Below are positions 35,646 to 49,366 of a stretch of DNA of 64,000 nt, one piece after another (position 1 is the first letter of the stretch; the number at the start of each line of letters is the position of its first letter). The notes beneath the pieces were generated by a model. It searched no databases, was not told where the DNA came from, and saw nothing but the letters and a program-made list of their open reading frames with translations. Source of the stretch: Squalus acanthias (Eukaryota); NCBI GenBank assembly GCA_030390025.1, contig CM059433.1, positions 13,022,001 to 13,086,000 of the forward strand, in the 5' to 3' direction. The position numbers and the translations under genes are program-made.

Positions 35646-36869
35646 TAGATTTATGTACTCAGGTCCCTGGAGTGGGACTTGAACCCACAACCTTCTGACT
35701 CGGAGGCGAGTGTGCTACCCACTGAGCCACGGCTGACACAGTTGAGTGACACAGACTGCAGTTCGAATTATTCATCAGCTTGGTGACTGAGAATGGTAAC
35801 TTGACTGGTTCTGGGGTTCGAATCTTGTTGAGAATGGGCTGTGAAATGTGGAAAAAGAACTTAGTTGCATTCCCAATCTTGGATTTGTTTGAATAATTTG
35901 TAAATCAGAAACCTGATGGAAATTTGTGAGCAATATTCATTTCATGCAAGCTGTAGCTAGAGATAATTTAGAGGGAATGTAAAGTTTGTTTGGAAGTGAT
36001 ATACTTGCATTTTTATCAATTTTCTGAAAAGTGATTGACTCTCTCATGATTTAAATCTTGATGTCTTTTCTGTCGTGCATTGTTGCTTTGGAAGCACTGT
36101 ACAGCTGAACGAAATTCTATGGATGGTTTCTGCGGTTTCGTGCTGTGTCTAGAAACCAACTGAACTAAACATTGAAAGAGTTGAGCAGGTTTGATATAAA
36201 CTCGTGCGTCCAGGTGAACGTCTGCGCCTGAGGCAGTGTTTGATATGATAGATTAAGGAGTTGGGTACAAACAAAAACAGAAAGACCCAACCTCAGCAAA
36301 CAGTAGGAAATGGCTCTTCTGTGGAATTTGCTACAGTTAGGAGTTCCATTCTTTGTGCTGTTGTTGGAATGCAAAGCCAAAAATCCCTAAAGCATTATAA
36401 ATTCCTGCAGGCGTCTGTAGTGTTTTTCAGTGACAGTGGATGCAAAAATATGTGTTGTTTTCCCAAGTGTTGCTGAAAGATGGAGTTAGTTTTTCTTTTT
36501 TTTTTCCTCTTTGGAACTACAAACCGTTTGGTTTTTGATCACTCGGATTTTGAAATAGAAGTGGTTGTAATTCCACTTCAGAAGTTCCATTTTGTAAATA
36601 CAAGTGACTGGTCACCAGCAACTTTATTCACCCGTTATTGTGAAGCAGTGACTGATAGCTTGTCTAGGAAATGAAGTAGGTACTACGAAAGTGGCCCCTT
36701 TGTAAAAAGCTATTGCTAATGGGGAGTGCATTCCTGAGTTTGAAGACATATTGAGACCTCTACAGTTCTGTGTGATGTTTGATGTCTTCAAAACTGTTCC
36801 TGTTTACGACTGCTTTTATCCGTCACTGGTTGACCGGGTCTCCCAAAATTCCATAACTAGTTAAAGTTG

Positions 36870-37660
36870 AGTAGCTGAGCCATACAGACCAGTAAAATCA
36901 CATTCTAAATCTTGTTTTATGCCGAGCTTGCTGACCTCAGCCAGGATGACTTGAGTCAGAAGGTTGTGGGTTCAACTCCCACTCCAGAGACTTGAGCACA
37001 AAAACCTAGGCTGACACTCCAGTGCAGTACTGAGGGAGCGCTGCACTGTCGGAGGTGCCGTCTTTTGGATGAGGTGTTACCGAGACCTCGTGTGCCCCCT
37101 CGGGTGGATGTACAAGATCCTGTGGCTACTTTGAAGAAGAGCAGGGGAGTAATCCCCGGTGTCTTAGCCAATATTTATCCCTCCATCAACATCACTATAA
37201 AAACAGATTATCTGATCATCATCACATTGCTGTTAGTGGGAGCTTGCTGTGTGCAAATTGGCTGCCCCGTTTCCTACACTACAACAGTGACTGCACTTCA
37301 AAATGAAGTAGTTCATTGGCTGTAAAGCGCTTTGGGACGTCCGGTGGTCGTGAAAGGCGCTATATAAATGCAAGTTTTTTTTTACAGTAGGGGCACTACA
37401 ATTGCCTTTGGTTCCTTTGTGTTAGGCAGAGGGAAAATCAGTCCGAGTTCCTGCTCTTGATCACAATCCAGAAATCCATGCTGGAAGTTCGATTGGTTGG
37501 ACGTCTGGTGAGGACGGTATCGGGATCCGCTGTGATGTCCCTCGTAGTAACTACCTGTTGGCGCCCCTTACCTACCGCGTATGAACAATGGCCACTTGAC
37601 AAAACTGCATTGGATGGTGACCACTGCTGATGGAACCATACCGCAGAAAAGGTCAATGCC
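36870..37660 (+). mobile_element. Old SINE (AmnSINE2-like, tentative) interrupted by a Deu-SINE at ~36952-37384
   Basis: GCTGACCTCAGCCAGG, then the young SINE, then CAGTAGGGGCACTACAATTG...AATGGCCACTTG. Confidence 0.7.
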
Positions 37661-38099
37661 TTTCAAACTGGAGCTGGGACAAAATTGTTCGGGGGGGGAA
37701 AAAAAAATAATATTTTTTTAAATGGCTTGCAGCAAAGTGATAATTGTAAACAACTGATCACAAACCAGTCACGCCAAAATACAAGTACTAGCTCAAGAGG
37801 TGAATTTTAAGACGCGTGCCTTCAAAATATATATTTTAGAATTTACAGCATAGTAATAGATGAAACATAAATTGGTCATACAATTGTACTTCTGTTCTAT
37901 TCTAATTATTACTCAATAGCATTGCTGATAAAAATGAGTACTATATTATTCACTAGTTACAACAAGATTGCAGTCTTGTGTTTTCCACATACCATGTTAA
38001 TGTAAATAGGAGTGTCCAACCTTTTAGAGCGTTGTGCTAAGCAGAATAATGATTAAACGTGTCCATTTGTACTGGTCCCCAGCTAACACCTTGGTCAAG

Positions 38100-38522
38100 T
38101 GTCATCTTGGCTCAGAGATAGCACTGTGGGTTCAAGTCCCATTCTGGGACTTGAGTACGTAATCCAGACTAACATCTAAATGCAGTACCGAAGGAGTACT
38201 GCCTTGTTGGATTGCCGTCTTTTGGAGACATTAATTCAAGGCCCTGTCTGGCTGCTAAGTAGACGTACGTCCCATGGCATTATACAAAGGACAGCAGGGG
38301 CGTTCTCCTGGTATCCTGGCCAACGTTTATCCCTCAACCAGCATCTCTCAAATGGATTATCTGGTCAGCTATCTCCTTGCTGTTTGTGGGACCATCCTGT
38401 GTGCAAAATGGCTGCTGCATTGGCCGAAGCAACAACAATGACGAGCTTCAAAAGTAATTCATTGGCTACGAAGTGTTATAGAGGGCACCCTGAGAGCGTG
38501 AATGTAAAGGCTTGTTCTTTCT
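38100..38522 (+). mobile_element. Degenerate Deu-domain SINE
   Basis: TGGCTCAG...GGGTTCAAGTCCC...TATCCCTCAACC...GCTGTTTGTGGGA. Confidence 0.75.
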
Positions 38523-40487
38523 CGGAGTCGTTGGTCCATGTCGCTTCTTATTTTTTTGCTTTCACTATCTCTGTCTCTTCCCCCCCCTCACACTTTTATT
38601 TCTCTCTCTCTCGTGTACACACACACACTCTCTTCTCATTTTCTCTCCCCGCGCATTTGTGTCTCTCTTCCCTTTTTCTACCCGCTTTCATTTTTTCCTC
38701 TTTTCTCGATTCCCTTATTGCTTTTCACTTTTTTTTCTTTTCCTTTTATTCTTACTTCTCTGTTTTGACCTCTCTTTGCTGTTTATTTCTATAACTGTGG
38801 ATGGGCCAAGACACTTTATCAAGACTCTGGGTGAGTTAGCAGCAGTAGCATTGAGGCTTGAGTGGGAAGGCAAGTTGCAGGCAGCGGCATTGGTGATCAC
38901 TGCATCTGGGGCTTGGTGGGAATGGATAGTGAAGACTGCTACATGCTGGGAGATACTGCAGTCTCGTGATTGGCCTTCTGTAATATGTTGGGAGGTTTGG
39001 AACAACCCAAAAGAGTCCTGTATGAGCCGCCATAAGGGCTCCTTTGGGTGGGTTGGACTGCAACCCTTCAACTCGACCACTCCCAGCAGAGGCACGCTAA
39101 GTCCTCGCATCTGAAAAACATATCTGCAAAAGCAGCTGACCTACTGGGAGGGAATGAAACGGGTAGATAGCGCTGCCTGCTCTCTCGGTGGGAGTGTGGG
39201 AGGTTTACATTCGCCTTCCATTCCCAGAAGTACTGCTCTTCCCCCTCCAATTGGGACCTGCCTCCTGTAATCCCTGAGACTGCAGATTTCTACTGGAGGG
39301 GGGACAGCAGCTCTGCCTGGAGTGGCAGGTTGAATGCAAGCCTGCTGAGAGAGCCTGCACTGCTGTCTGCCTATTTCATTCTCTGCTGGCGAGATTTCTG
39401 ATGAAATGTTTTAAAAGTTGGGAGGCGATCTTTCATATAATTTGAATTTGGGAAACAGGCTGGATTTGGCCTATGATTGGAAGTTGAACTGGAGGTACAT
39501 TATGCAGTGCATGCTGTCGGCGGATCAGGCAGGGTCCCCGTTCCATGCTCTGTTGATTACTGGCCTAGCAATTGAAGCCCAGAAAGTTTGACAAGACTAT
39601 TTTGCAAAAATTGTTTGCAATGAAGGGTAGCAGACAAAGTCTATTAAAATACTTGTTCCACAAAGTTATATCTGATTACATAGTGGGCTCCATTACCAGG
39701 AAAACCACCTCTGACTATATGTATTTTGTGGAGGATGCTTTTTCTGATTAGAAAAGGGGAAATATCTGACAAATTTTAGATACACCCAAAGCAAGAATAG
39801 GTTCTATAGGGGTTGCATAAGTACATAAAATATGTGGTCTAGAAAAGACCCTATAGGTTGATGTAATTGCCTGTGTATAAGGGCAGTTGTTCCCTTTTAG
39901 ACGTTCCTTGTTTTATTTTAAATGTTGATCCTCCACTTAGGCAATAGGAAGGGAAGTTATAATTTCAGAGGATTTCCAAAAGTGTTTTTGTTTCCCTGTA
40001 GATTGATTTAACTTAACCATAATGTCTAGATTATGTCATTTTTAAGAGTGGGCAAAACTGCCCTTAACGTGAAAGTAAATGGATGGATCAATCTCTGAGA
40101 CTTGGCCTCAATTCCAGATCAGACTGATGGACGAATGTCTCCTTACTCTGTTGTCTGTAACATCCTACCTAAAATGAAAATCGGCAGTTTCAACAATTGC
40201 ACTCGGCACAGAGCTGGTACAGGCAGTATGGGCCGAATGGCCTCCTTACATGCTGGAAACCTCTATCATTCCATACGCAGTAGAGGTGACATCCTGGAAT
40301 CATTTAAGAAACTGTTGAATACTGTGATGGGAGAGGAAAAGCGGGCGAGAAACTGTAAGGCCTTTCTGAACGAATGAGATAAAATGGGCTAAATGACTTG
40401 CCTCATACGTATCTATTTTTGACGTGAAAGAAAACCGAAGAGTGGCTGAGATGAGAACTTTTCTATAGAAGTCACACCAGTTATATC

Positions 40488-41045
40488 TTTTTTAAAATTT
40501 GTTTTATGGGATGTGGTCGTCGCTGGCAATGCCAGCATTTATTGCCCATTCCTAGTTGCCCTTGAGAAGGTCGCCTTCTTGAACCGCTGCAGTCCGTGTG
40601 GTGAAGGTACTCCCACAGCGCTGTTACGTAGGGAGTTCCAGGATTTTGACCCAGCAATGATGAAGGATCGCCGATACACTTCTACGTCAGGATGGTGTGT
40701 GTGACTTGGAGGGGAACTTGGAGGTGGTGGTGTTCCCATGCGCCTGCTGCCCTTGTCCTTCTAGGTGGAAGAGGTTTCGGGTTTGGGAGGTGCTGCCGAA
40801 GAAGCCTTGGCGAGTTGCTGCAGTGCATCTTTTAGATGGTACACACTGCAGCCACGGTATGCCGGTGGTGGAGGGAGTGAATGTTTAAGGTGGTGGATGG
40901 GGTGCTAATCAAGCGGGCTGCTTTGTCCTGGATGGTGTCGAGCTTCTTGAGTGTTGTTGGAGCTGCACTCATCCAGGCAAGTGGAAAGTATTCCATCACA
41001 CTCTTGACTTGTGCATTGTAGATGGTGGAAAGGCTTTGGGGAGTA
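40488..41045 (-). mobile_element. Zenon-like LINE 3' fragment
   Basis: Collinear with 47370-47972. Confidence 0.85.
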
Positions 41046-41444
41046 ATATCTCTTTATTACACACAGGATTTTATGCAACATTATATTATTAATAATAATA
41101 GTAATAGTGAGAGTTGTGAACCCTTGCATCTGACCAGATTTGCAGGAATATAATCAAGTACTTACATAAACACTCAGTATTTTCTTCGGTTGCATTGATA
41201 GCCCATCGATAGAAGCCGGAGAAAATCTCTTCCAAGTTTACACTGGGTTTGGAGGTCACGTTCACACTGGTACCTTCCAAACCCAATTTCAGCTCAAGGG
41301 GATTAGTTTGGTGGTGGTGATGTGATATTCTGAGATTGCAGGAATGTGTCGGAGATGGCCATAACTGAGATCCACTGTAACTTTCTGAAACAAATAAAAA
41401 GTTTATTCTCATTATTCTGGCAGTGTAGCATGTAATATTTTATA

Positions 41445-41592
41445 ATAAAAACAGAAAGTGCTGGAAATACTCAGCAGGCCAGGCAGCATCTGCAGAGAGA
41501 GAAACAGAGTTAACGTTTCAGGTCGATGACCCTTCGAAGGACCATTTTCTGTTTTTATTTCAGATTTCCAGCATCCGCAGTATTTTGATTTT
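41445..41592. mobile_element. Penelope-like remnant (family P1) with a partial hammerhead
   Basis: ATAAAAACAGAAA is inverted as TTTCTGTTTTTAT, followed by TTCCAGCATCCGCAGTATTTTG as in the 17579 copy. Confidence 0.82.
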
Positions 41593-41867
41593 CTCTTCAA
41601 TAACATATCCAATATTACATTAAAGTCCCGTAATAGCTCAAATATTCACACACGCGTGCATTCTAAATCTTGTACAGGAGGTGCTGATTGAGCCCAGCTT
41701 ATTTAGATTACATTTGTCAGTGAATTATTGGGCCATTTGTACTCCAGACTGGAACACATTACAGTGTTTTATTAATGACCCAAGTTCTTTATTTAAAAGG
41801 TGTGGATTGCTGCATCATGTCGGTTGGTTCAAGGATACAAAGCTTGTTCTTTTGAAAATGTTTTTGT

Positions 41868-42575
41868 TGGCTCCCCTGATGGTTCATTTGGTAAGTGTAC
41901 TACACGGTGTGGAAATGAGCCATAAGGGTCAGGGAGGTCCTGCTTTTGATTCCTGATCTGCAATGAGCTGAATGATCTCTGCCAAGGTTGTAATAGTGTA
42001 GCTATAATTAGCCTCTAGGCTTGGGTGGGAAATTGGTCATTCCTACTCGTGATTGGTATCCAATGACTGCTGCTGGAAAATGCACGTGAAAGAAAGAAAG
42101 ACTTGTATTTATATAGCGCCTTTCACGACCACCGGACGTCTCAAAGCGCTTTACAGCCAATGAAGTACTTTTGGAGTGTAGTCACTGTTATGTTGATTGA
42201 GGGATAAATATTGGCCCAGGACACCGGGGATAACTCCCATTCTCTTCTTCGAAATAGTGGCCATGGGGTCTTTTACGTCCACCTGAGAGAGCAGACGGGG
42301 CCTCAGTTTAACGTCTCATCTGCAAGACGGCACCTCCGACAGTGCAGCACTCCCTCAGCACTACACTGGAGTGTCAGCCTAGATTTTTGTGCTCAACTCC
42401 CTGAAGTGGGACTTGAACCCACAACCTTCTGACTCAGAGGCGAGTGTGCTACCCACTGAGCCACAGCTGACACATGAGGACAAGAGGGAGGGGTCCAGTT
42501 GCAATGCCTCTCATGGGGGAAAATAGTCAACTGTCTTGGCTTGCACATGAAGAATGGCCAATTAGTTCAGGTAGT
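41868..42575 (+). mobile_element. Old SINE (AmnSINE2-like, tentative) interrupted by a minus-strand Deu-SINE at 42089-42473
   Basis: ...TATCCAATGACTGCTGCTGGAAAATGCACGTG, then the young SINE, then AGGACA...CACATGAAGAATGGCCA. A related minus-strand piece lies at about 44200-44330. Confidence 0.7.
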
Positions 42576-45500
42576 GGTGCTTTGTATAGTTGAATGAAAA
42601 GGGAAAATAATTTGGTTGGAAAGGTAAGCTTTTGTTATTTTGCATAACTTGTTTTTTTTATTGGATCCGATCAACTTTCAAAGGTGGAGAATTGCAAAAT
42701 GTGAACATTTGTCGATTTGTTAATGTAAGTTTTGTCGTTTTGAGTTATTCTACGCAGCAAATTCCAGAAACAAAGCCAGTGATCGCTTTATTTGCGCGCA
42801 AACAGCACGTGGGTAGAACTCGGCCTGTAGTTTTTTTTAAACTACGCACACACAGACCACAAGAAGAGGAAAAAAAAATCTGAAAACAATTTTCAGAAGT
42901 TAACGAGCTTTCCATGCTTTTATAGATTACAACAACAACCTGCATTCAGATAGTGCCTTTATTAATGTAGTAAAACATCCCAAGTACTTCAGATCAGTGG
43001 TACACTCTTGACCTTTTGCAATGCCTTTTACATTACTGTTCATTCGAAGTAATAGATATTTTGTAATATTAGTAAGTAAGCTTTTAGTAAGTGATTTGTA
43101 CGGCTAGTCAGTATATGCGAAGGTGAAAATGAGTGCCATTTTCTTCACAGATGTAGACAATGGGCCCGTCATCAAAATTTGTCCGTCCAGTTCATTGGGT
43201 TTTCATAATGCTCAACATGTAGATGTTGCACATGTTAGCACAAACTTAATGCAGGCATTATTACAGAATCAGAGCAGAAAGCCTTGCTGTAAGTTTATAC
43301 CGTATTGAATTAATAAAACCTGATGTGGGGGTAAGGAACGTATTGCCACTCATTGTCCTGCTACATTCAGTAAAGCTATCTTTTTAGTAATCCGGTATAT
43401 ACTATTTCTAAGAGGATAATCAGTACAATCAATGGTCATTCCTCCAGTGCCACCTTCTGTGCTACAGTACATTTAGTATCTGAAGATTACGAGTAATAGG
43501 CCAATAACCGCTGCTGTAAGTTTCCTTGCAGGTTCATTTGGTTTGGGATTTAGCCAGGGCATTCTTTCAGAATCAGATTGCGGCTGCTTTTGCTCTGGTT
43601 TTGTCTTTTTTTTAAAATGACTTTCATAGCCCCTTTGTGTTGGTCTGTTGGGTTCTGCTTGACTTCTGTGGCCCTTTGGGTCAAGATTTTTTAGAAGGTT
43701 TTCAAGCAGTAAAAGGGCACAGTAGTAATTAACCATCACCCTTTTAAGTAAATGTTCTCGCAACTGACACAGCACACATTGTGTCGGTATTTAACTAACT
43801 AAAAGATCAAGGTAGTGAGGTATGATTCAGAATGCAAAGTAACAAGTGAAAAAATGTGTTCAGACCAAAGTTTCATAACTGTTAAATTCTAGCTGTATAA
43901 CTTAGACTAATCCAGGAAATGATAGGTCTGGGCTTGCTGACCGTGTGAATTTTCTGTTGACCTTCATTGTTGTGACTGAACTAGTATGAATGTGTTACTT
44001 ACTTTGTAGTTTTCATGCTTGTCTCTTTTTATTGGAAGTCTTTTGTCTGTTTTCTGTTTCTTGCTGTGTTGCTCTTCAATTGATCAAGTGTAGGAATGAA
44101 ATGGATGCAAGTTGAACATGTTTCCTGGTATTTGTGGAGCTAATATGATGTCAAACTGTGGGCAGGAAATTAAATGAGACTCTTTTTTTTTCTCTTTCTC
44201 TTAACCATTTTTTCCTCTCTTTCCCTGCGGAAGGTGTCGATTCCTTTTTAGGTTACTATTCTATGGGTGCTAGTTACTTTTTAGTACCTCGCCCAAGTGG
44301 CCATTATCCATGTGTGAGCATTGGGTTAGGGATGGGATTATTAGTCAGATAATCCTGCTAAAAGCGCACATCTCTGGACTTCAGGTTTATCAATGATACA
44401 CCCTCATGATCAAATATCTGGCTGACAAATGAATAATATACACTTGTGCAAGGTATGTGACCCCCCCCATGGAATCATATCTCGGGAGGGACAACACCTT
44501 CAATAGAGGAGGGACAACATTTGGTCAAGGGGTTAAAAACCATGTGTTTTTAATGCTGACTTGCCTTCTTCCAATGCAAGTCAAATTAGGCAGCATATCT
44601 TGCACCCCAGGAGTGACTTGTGCATGACATGTACAGGATTTTTTTTTTTAAGAAGTAGTAAGCACGTCCTCTGGATTAGATACCTTCACCATTTGTAAAT
44701 GTTTTGTGAAGGACAGGATCACTTGGCAGTACAAACTCCAGTTTGATTATCTGTTCTGTACTTTACAAGAAACCAAATGTTTAAAAACTCCCTGACTGGA
44801 ATCCCAGTTATGTTACCCCATACCCTAGTACCTAAAACATGCAGACCAACTAGCCAGCATGACATGGGGGACAGCCTTCCTTCTCCTTTTTATCTTTCTC
44901 CTGATTGTCAGCTATTGTAAGTACTGTATTCCCTATGGTTAAGATTACAACTTCTAGTGTGTTTCGCCTTAAAACACCGATTATAATTTTATCATCTTCA
45001 GGCAATACACTTGCTTTCCAAAACTATTTGGTTCTCCATTGGACTATTTTCATCGTCCTTTCTGTCCTCCACAATCGGAGTGACTTCTGCTAAGATCACT
45101 TTATGCACGATCTGCATTTTCTGCCGGTTGGTTTCCTTGTTCCTTAGCAATACTTTTCTGATGCCTTTTCCCTCCCCATAATAACACTTGAGTAGATTTT
45201 TCCGATCAGCAGCTCCTCATTTTCAGGTGTAAAGTGGCCAGATCTCCACCCATCTTGTGTCTCTTCCGATTTTGAAAATGTGATTTCAGTGAATCCGGGA
45301 GGCACCTGCAGTTTGTAGCCAGATGCATCCAAATAAGACCAAAAGACCTTCGAACACCATGCACACTAGTTTCAGTAACTCCTGGTTTAGCACTGTTTCC
45401 ATTACTCGACCATGTAGAGTGGGTGTCCAGAGTTGCTGGACGCAGAAATGTATACTGAAGGAAGTTCATTGCCAGTAAGACTTGTCCCTCCCCTGTGTAG

Positions 45501-45589
45501 ATGTTCCTACTCTAACCTCTATCTCTCCATTGCAGCTTTGCTTATTTCATTTCCATCAGTGCTATTTTGGGCAATACTGCTCTGGACTT

Positions 45590-45780
45590 TTTAAAAAAAT
45601 TTGCTTATGGGATCTGGGCGTCACTGGCAAGGCCAGCATTTATTGCCCATCCCTAGTTGCCCTTGAGAAGGTGGTGGTGAGCCGCCTTCCTGAACCCCTG
45701 CAGTCCGTGTGGTGAAGGTACTCCCACAGTGCTGTTAGGTAAGGAGTTCCAGGATTTTGACCCAGTGACGATGAAGGATT
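45590..45780 (-). mobile_element. Zenon-like LINE tail
   Basis: CCAGCATTTATTGCCCATCCCTAGTTGCCCTTGAGAAGGTGGTGGTGAGCCGCC. Confidence 0.8.
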
Positions 45781-47369
45781 CCTTCTCTTGTTCTTTTTAA
45801 GCTGTAATTAGTAATGTTATGCACTCTCTCTGCTCCCTGCATTTTTATTGTATTGGAATCAAGACTCATTGTACTGTCTTCTACTGTAATCCAAAACTGT
45901 GCAACTCCTTTTTTTTCCTCGGTTTTCCTTCCCTCCTACAACCTAAAGGACCTTTAAATCCATCTTGGCATTACCCAATCACAACTTCCTGATTTATCTT
46001 GTTTTCTGTCCTGTTTCCAACTTTCCTGGTCTCCCACGCTGTTTGCCTTGGCCCATGTTTTCACAGTTCAAAAAAAAAATATTTAGAGTGTGTCAGTGGT
46101 AATGGCCGGACTACCTAAACATTTAAATTGATCCCAGATATATATTTAAAAAGTGACTGGTGCCTCCAGGCACATTGTAAACCCAGTTGGCACGGGAGCT
46201 CACTCCAAATGAACCCAGGTGACGTGATACTAATTCACCGCTCCCCGCCCCGCCCCAGCACTGCTGCTTTCCGGATCTGGTTGAATCCTAGCTCCAGATT
46301 TTATACGACAGCCTCAGCATCATTGTGAAATGGAATCTACTTTATAGCTGTACTGAAGTTGTAGTGTAAACATACTCTTTGTTGCATTGGGGAATATGTG
46401 GGCAGAATCCAGGTGCTTTCAGTTGGGAAGGAGAACTCCTCTTAGGTTGCTCTCACACACTTGTAGCAATTAGCTTAAAAGAGGTATTAATGTCGGGTTC
46501 CCAGCATCTGTTTTTCTGGCTGGACAATCTTTTATTTTTAACAGGCAAAAAAAAACCTGCAAAAGTTTGGATTTTTCGATGGCCTGGTTTTCATGCATTT
46601 CTCTGGGCCATGTGGCACCTTGGCTATATTTAGCTAAACTTGGCTTGCACTTTTCCCCTCATGAACATAGCAACATGCAGTTGCAGACAAATTTATTCAA
46701 ACACGGGCCATTTACAATCCTGTAGCTACCCTTACTAGAAGTAAAAACCCCCCACAATTTTAGCTGCCTCGAACATTTCCTCAAACAGTATAGCTCGCTA
46801 GGCCGTGTTCCCGCCTGGGAGTAAAAGTCAACCCCCCATCGGTCAGCACATGATCTCCAGTCACATCACTTGAGTTATGTATTAAACTCGCTAAAAACCA
46901 ATAATATTCCAATCAATAAACTGTTCTCTGACTATCAGCGGGATGTTTTTGATTGGTAGCAAAACGCTGACGCGTGCAGCAGTGCTTCCTGCTTCCTATC
47001 CGATTTGAATTTTGGGCTCAGCAGAACGTTGGAGGCCCTACGGTGACCGAAGCCTGGGAGCAGATAACCCGGCAGTGAACTTGGCCGGAAATGGTGATGG
47101 TGGACTCAAAAGAAAGGAAATCTTTTTCTCCCATGTTTACCTCATTCCCCACCCTGCAAAAAGGTGGAGAACACTGCTGTTCATGAGGCCTGGCCTTTTT
47201 CGGTTTTGAGAAATATGGCAGCCTATTCCTATTCACGCAGCTTAATCCGCCCTCTTGCAAGAAGTATATCCTGCTGAGATACACGTGGGCTCGAGATCGT
47301 ACGGTGTGGACAAAATCAACTGGAATAGAGAGCATGCTATGCTTTAGTCTTAAATCCAACTTTTTCTTG

Positions 47370-47972
47370 TTTTTTAAAATGTGTTTTTATGGGATGTGGG
47401 CGTCGCTGGCAAGGCCAGCATTTATTGCCCATCCCTAATTGCCCTTGAGAAGGTGGTGGTGAGCCGCCTTCTTGAACCGCTGCAGTCTGTGTGGTGAAGG
47501 TGCTCCCACAGCGCTGTTAGGTAGGGAGTTCCAGGATTTTGACCCAGCGACGATGAAGGATCGGCGACATACTTCTAAGTCAGGATGATGTGTGACTTGG
47601 AGGGGAACTTGGAGGTGGTGGTGTTCCCATGCGCCTGCTGCCCTTGTCCTTCTAGGTGGAAGAGGTCGCGGGTTTGGGAGGTGCTGCCGAAGAAGCCTTG
47701 GCGAGTTGCTGCAGTGAATCTTGTAGATGGTACACACTGTAGCCACAGTGCGCCGGTGGTGGAGGGAGCGAATGTTTAAGGTGGTGGATGGGGTGCCAAT
47801 CCAGCGGGCTGCTTTGTCCTGGATGGTGTCGAGCTTCTTGAGTGTTGTTGGAGCTGCACTCATCCAGGCAAGTGGAGAGTATTCCATCACACTCCTTACT
47901 TGTGCCTTGTAGATGGTGGAAAGGCTTTGGGGAGTCAGGAGGTGAGACACTCGCCGCAGAATACCCAGCCTC
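47370..47972 (-). mobile_element. Zenon-like LINE 3' fragment (clade tentative)
   Basis: QRLGILRRVSHLLTPQSLSTIYKAQVRSVMEYSPLAWMSAAPTTLKKLDTIQDKAAR...RRTVA. Confidence 0.87.
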
Positions 47973-48405
47973 TGATCTTGTTGCACGTGATAATTTTTCA
48001 CATTTTTGTAATTGAAAATATGAACATAATGAATAATGACGGACAGGAAAAGGCCTTCTGGTCCACCCAGCATGTCCCACACAACTGCGATGTCTTGTGC
48101 GTCACAATATATGCACTCCCCACCTCACCTCAAAGACATGTAATCTCCTGGGAGAGGTGAAAACCAAGGTTTAAAACTCAGGCCAGTTAGGGGAAATAAA
48201 ATCTGGAAAATTCCTCTCCGACCCTCTAAGGCGATCAAAACTAGTTAGGAGACCACTCTGGCCCTGATTAATGTCACACAGTCCCTACCTTTCGTACGAG
48301 GTGATCTCCACCCAAGCCAGAAGCAGGTCCAAATTATTAATAATCCTTTTTAGCAATGAACACAAATTACTGTGGTGAAGATGCATAACAGTTGATTCTG
48401 AAGTC

Positions 48406-49003
48406 ATCCATGCCTTTGTTACCTCCAGACTTGACTATTCCAACGCACTCCTGGCTGGCCTCCCACATTCCACCCTACGTAAACTTGAGGTCATCCAAAA
48501 CTCGGCTGCCCATGTCCTAACCCGCACCAAGTCCCGTTCGCCCATCTCCCCTGTGCTCGCTGACCTACATTGGCTCCCGGTTAAGCAGCGCCTCGATTTC
48601 AAAATTCTCATCCTTGTTTTCAAATCCCTCCATGGCCTCTCCACTTCCTATCTCTGTAATCTCCTTCAGCCCCACAACCCCCCGAGATATCTGCACTCCT
48701 CTAATTCTGCCCTCTTGAGCATCCCTGATTATAATCGCCCAACCATTGGTGGCCGTGCCTTCTGTTGCCTCGGCCCTAATCTCTGGAATTCCCTGCCTAA
48801 ACCTCTCCGCCTCGCTACCTCTCTTTCCTCCTTTAAGACGCTCCTTAAAACCTACCTCTTTGACCAAGCTTTTGGTCACCTGCCCTAATTTATCCTTATG
48901 TGGATCGGTGTCAAATTTGTTGTCTTGAATACTCCTGTGCAGTGCCTTGGACGTTTTACTACGTTAAAGGCGCTATATAAATACAAGTTGCTGCTGTTGT
49001 TGT
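48406..49003 (+). mobile_element. L2-clade LINE 3' fragment
   Basis: ORF 48553-48888, (GTT)n tail, and 7-bp TSD TGAAGTC at 48399-48405 and 49004-49010. Confidence 0.93.
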
Positions 49004-49366
49004 TGAAGTCCGATACGCTGAACTTTATTTCAATAAAAAAAATCAAATGCTAAATTTTACTGTTCAACTGCTGGTTCAATGCCATTGATGTGCTGACTGA
49101 ACATTACATCATTAGAGTTACATTTTTCAGTCAGTACTTCACTTGATGGGCTGCTAATCTAGCTAATAAACGAGGTATTGGTGGAATACCTGGTTTCATT
49201 CATGTGCAAGAAAGACCTGAAGTTCTGATTTGAGCCTTGACTTAGTTATGACCTCGTTTCTAGATTAACCTAGGTACTTCCAGTGTTTCCATATGTAATG
49301 TGTTTCAGCAGCGAGGATACAAATCAATATTTTTTTCCCCTGAACAAGTGCCAAGAATGTGTTCTT

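Larger units (their letters stand above)
34030..35739 (-). mobile_element. Deu-domain SINE split by a CR1 insertion and a Penelope-like insertion
   Basis: Tail at 34030-34165, middle at 35204-35436 and head at 35646-35739 are collinear with the family. Confidence 0.88.

Noticed and set aside
38180..39114. 204-aa and 200-aa ORFs
   Set aside because: They are read through a decayed SINE and a CT-rich low-complexity tract.
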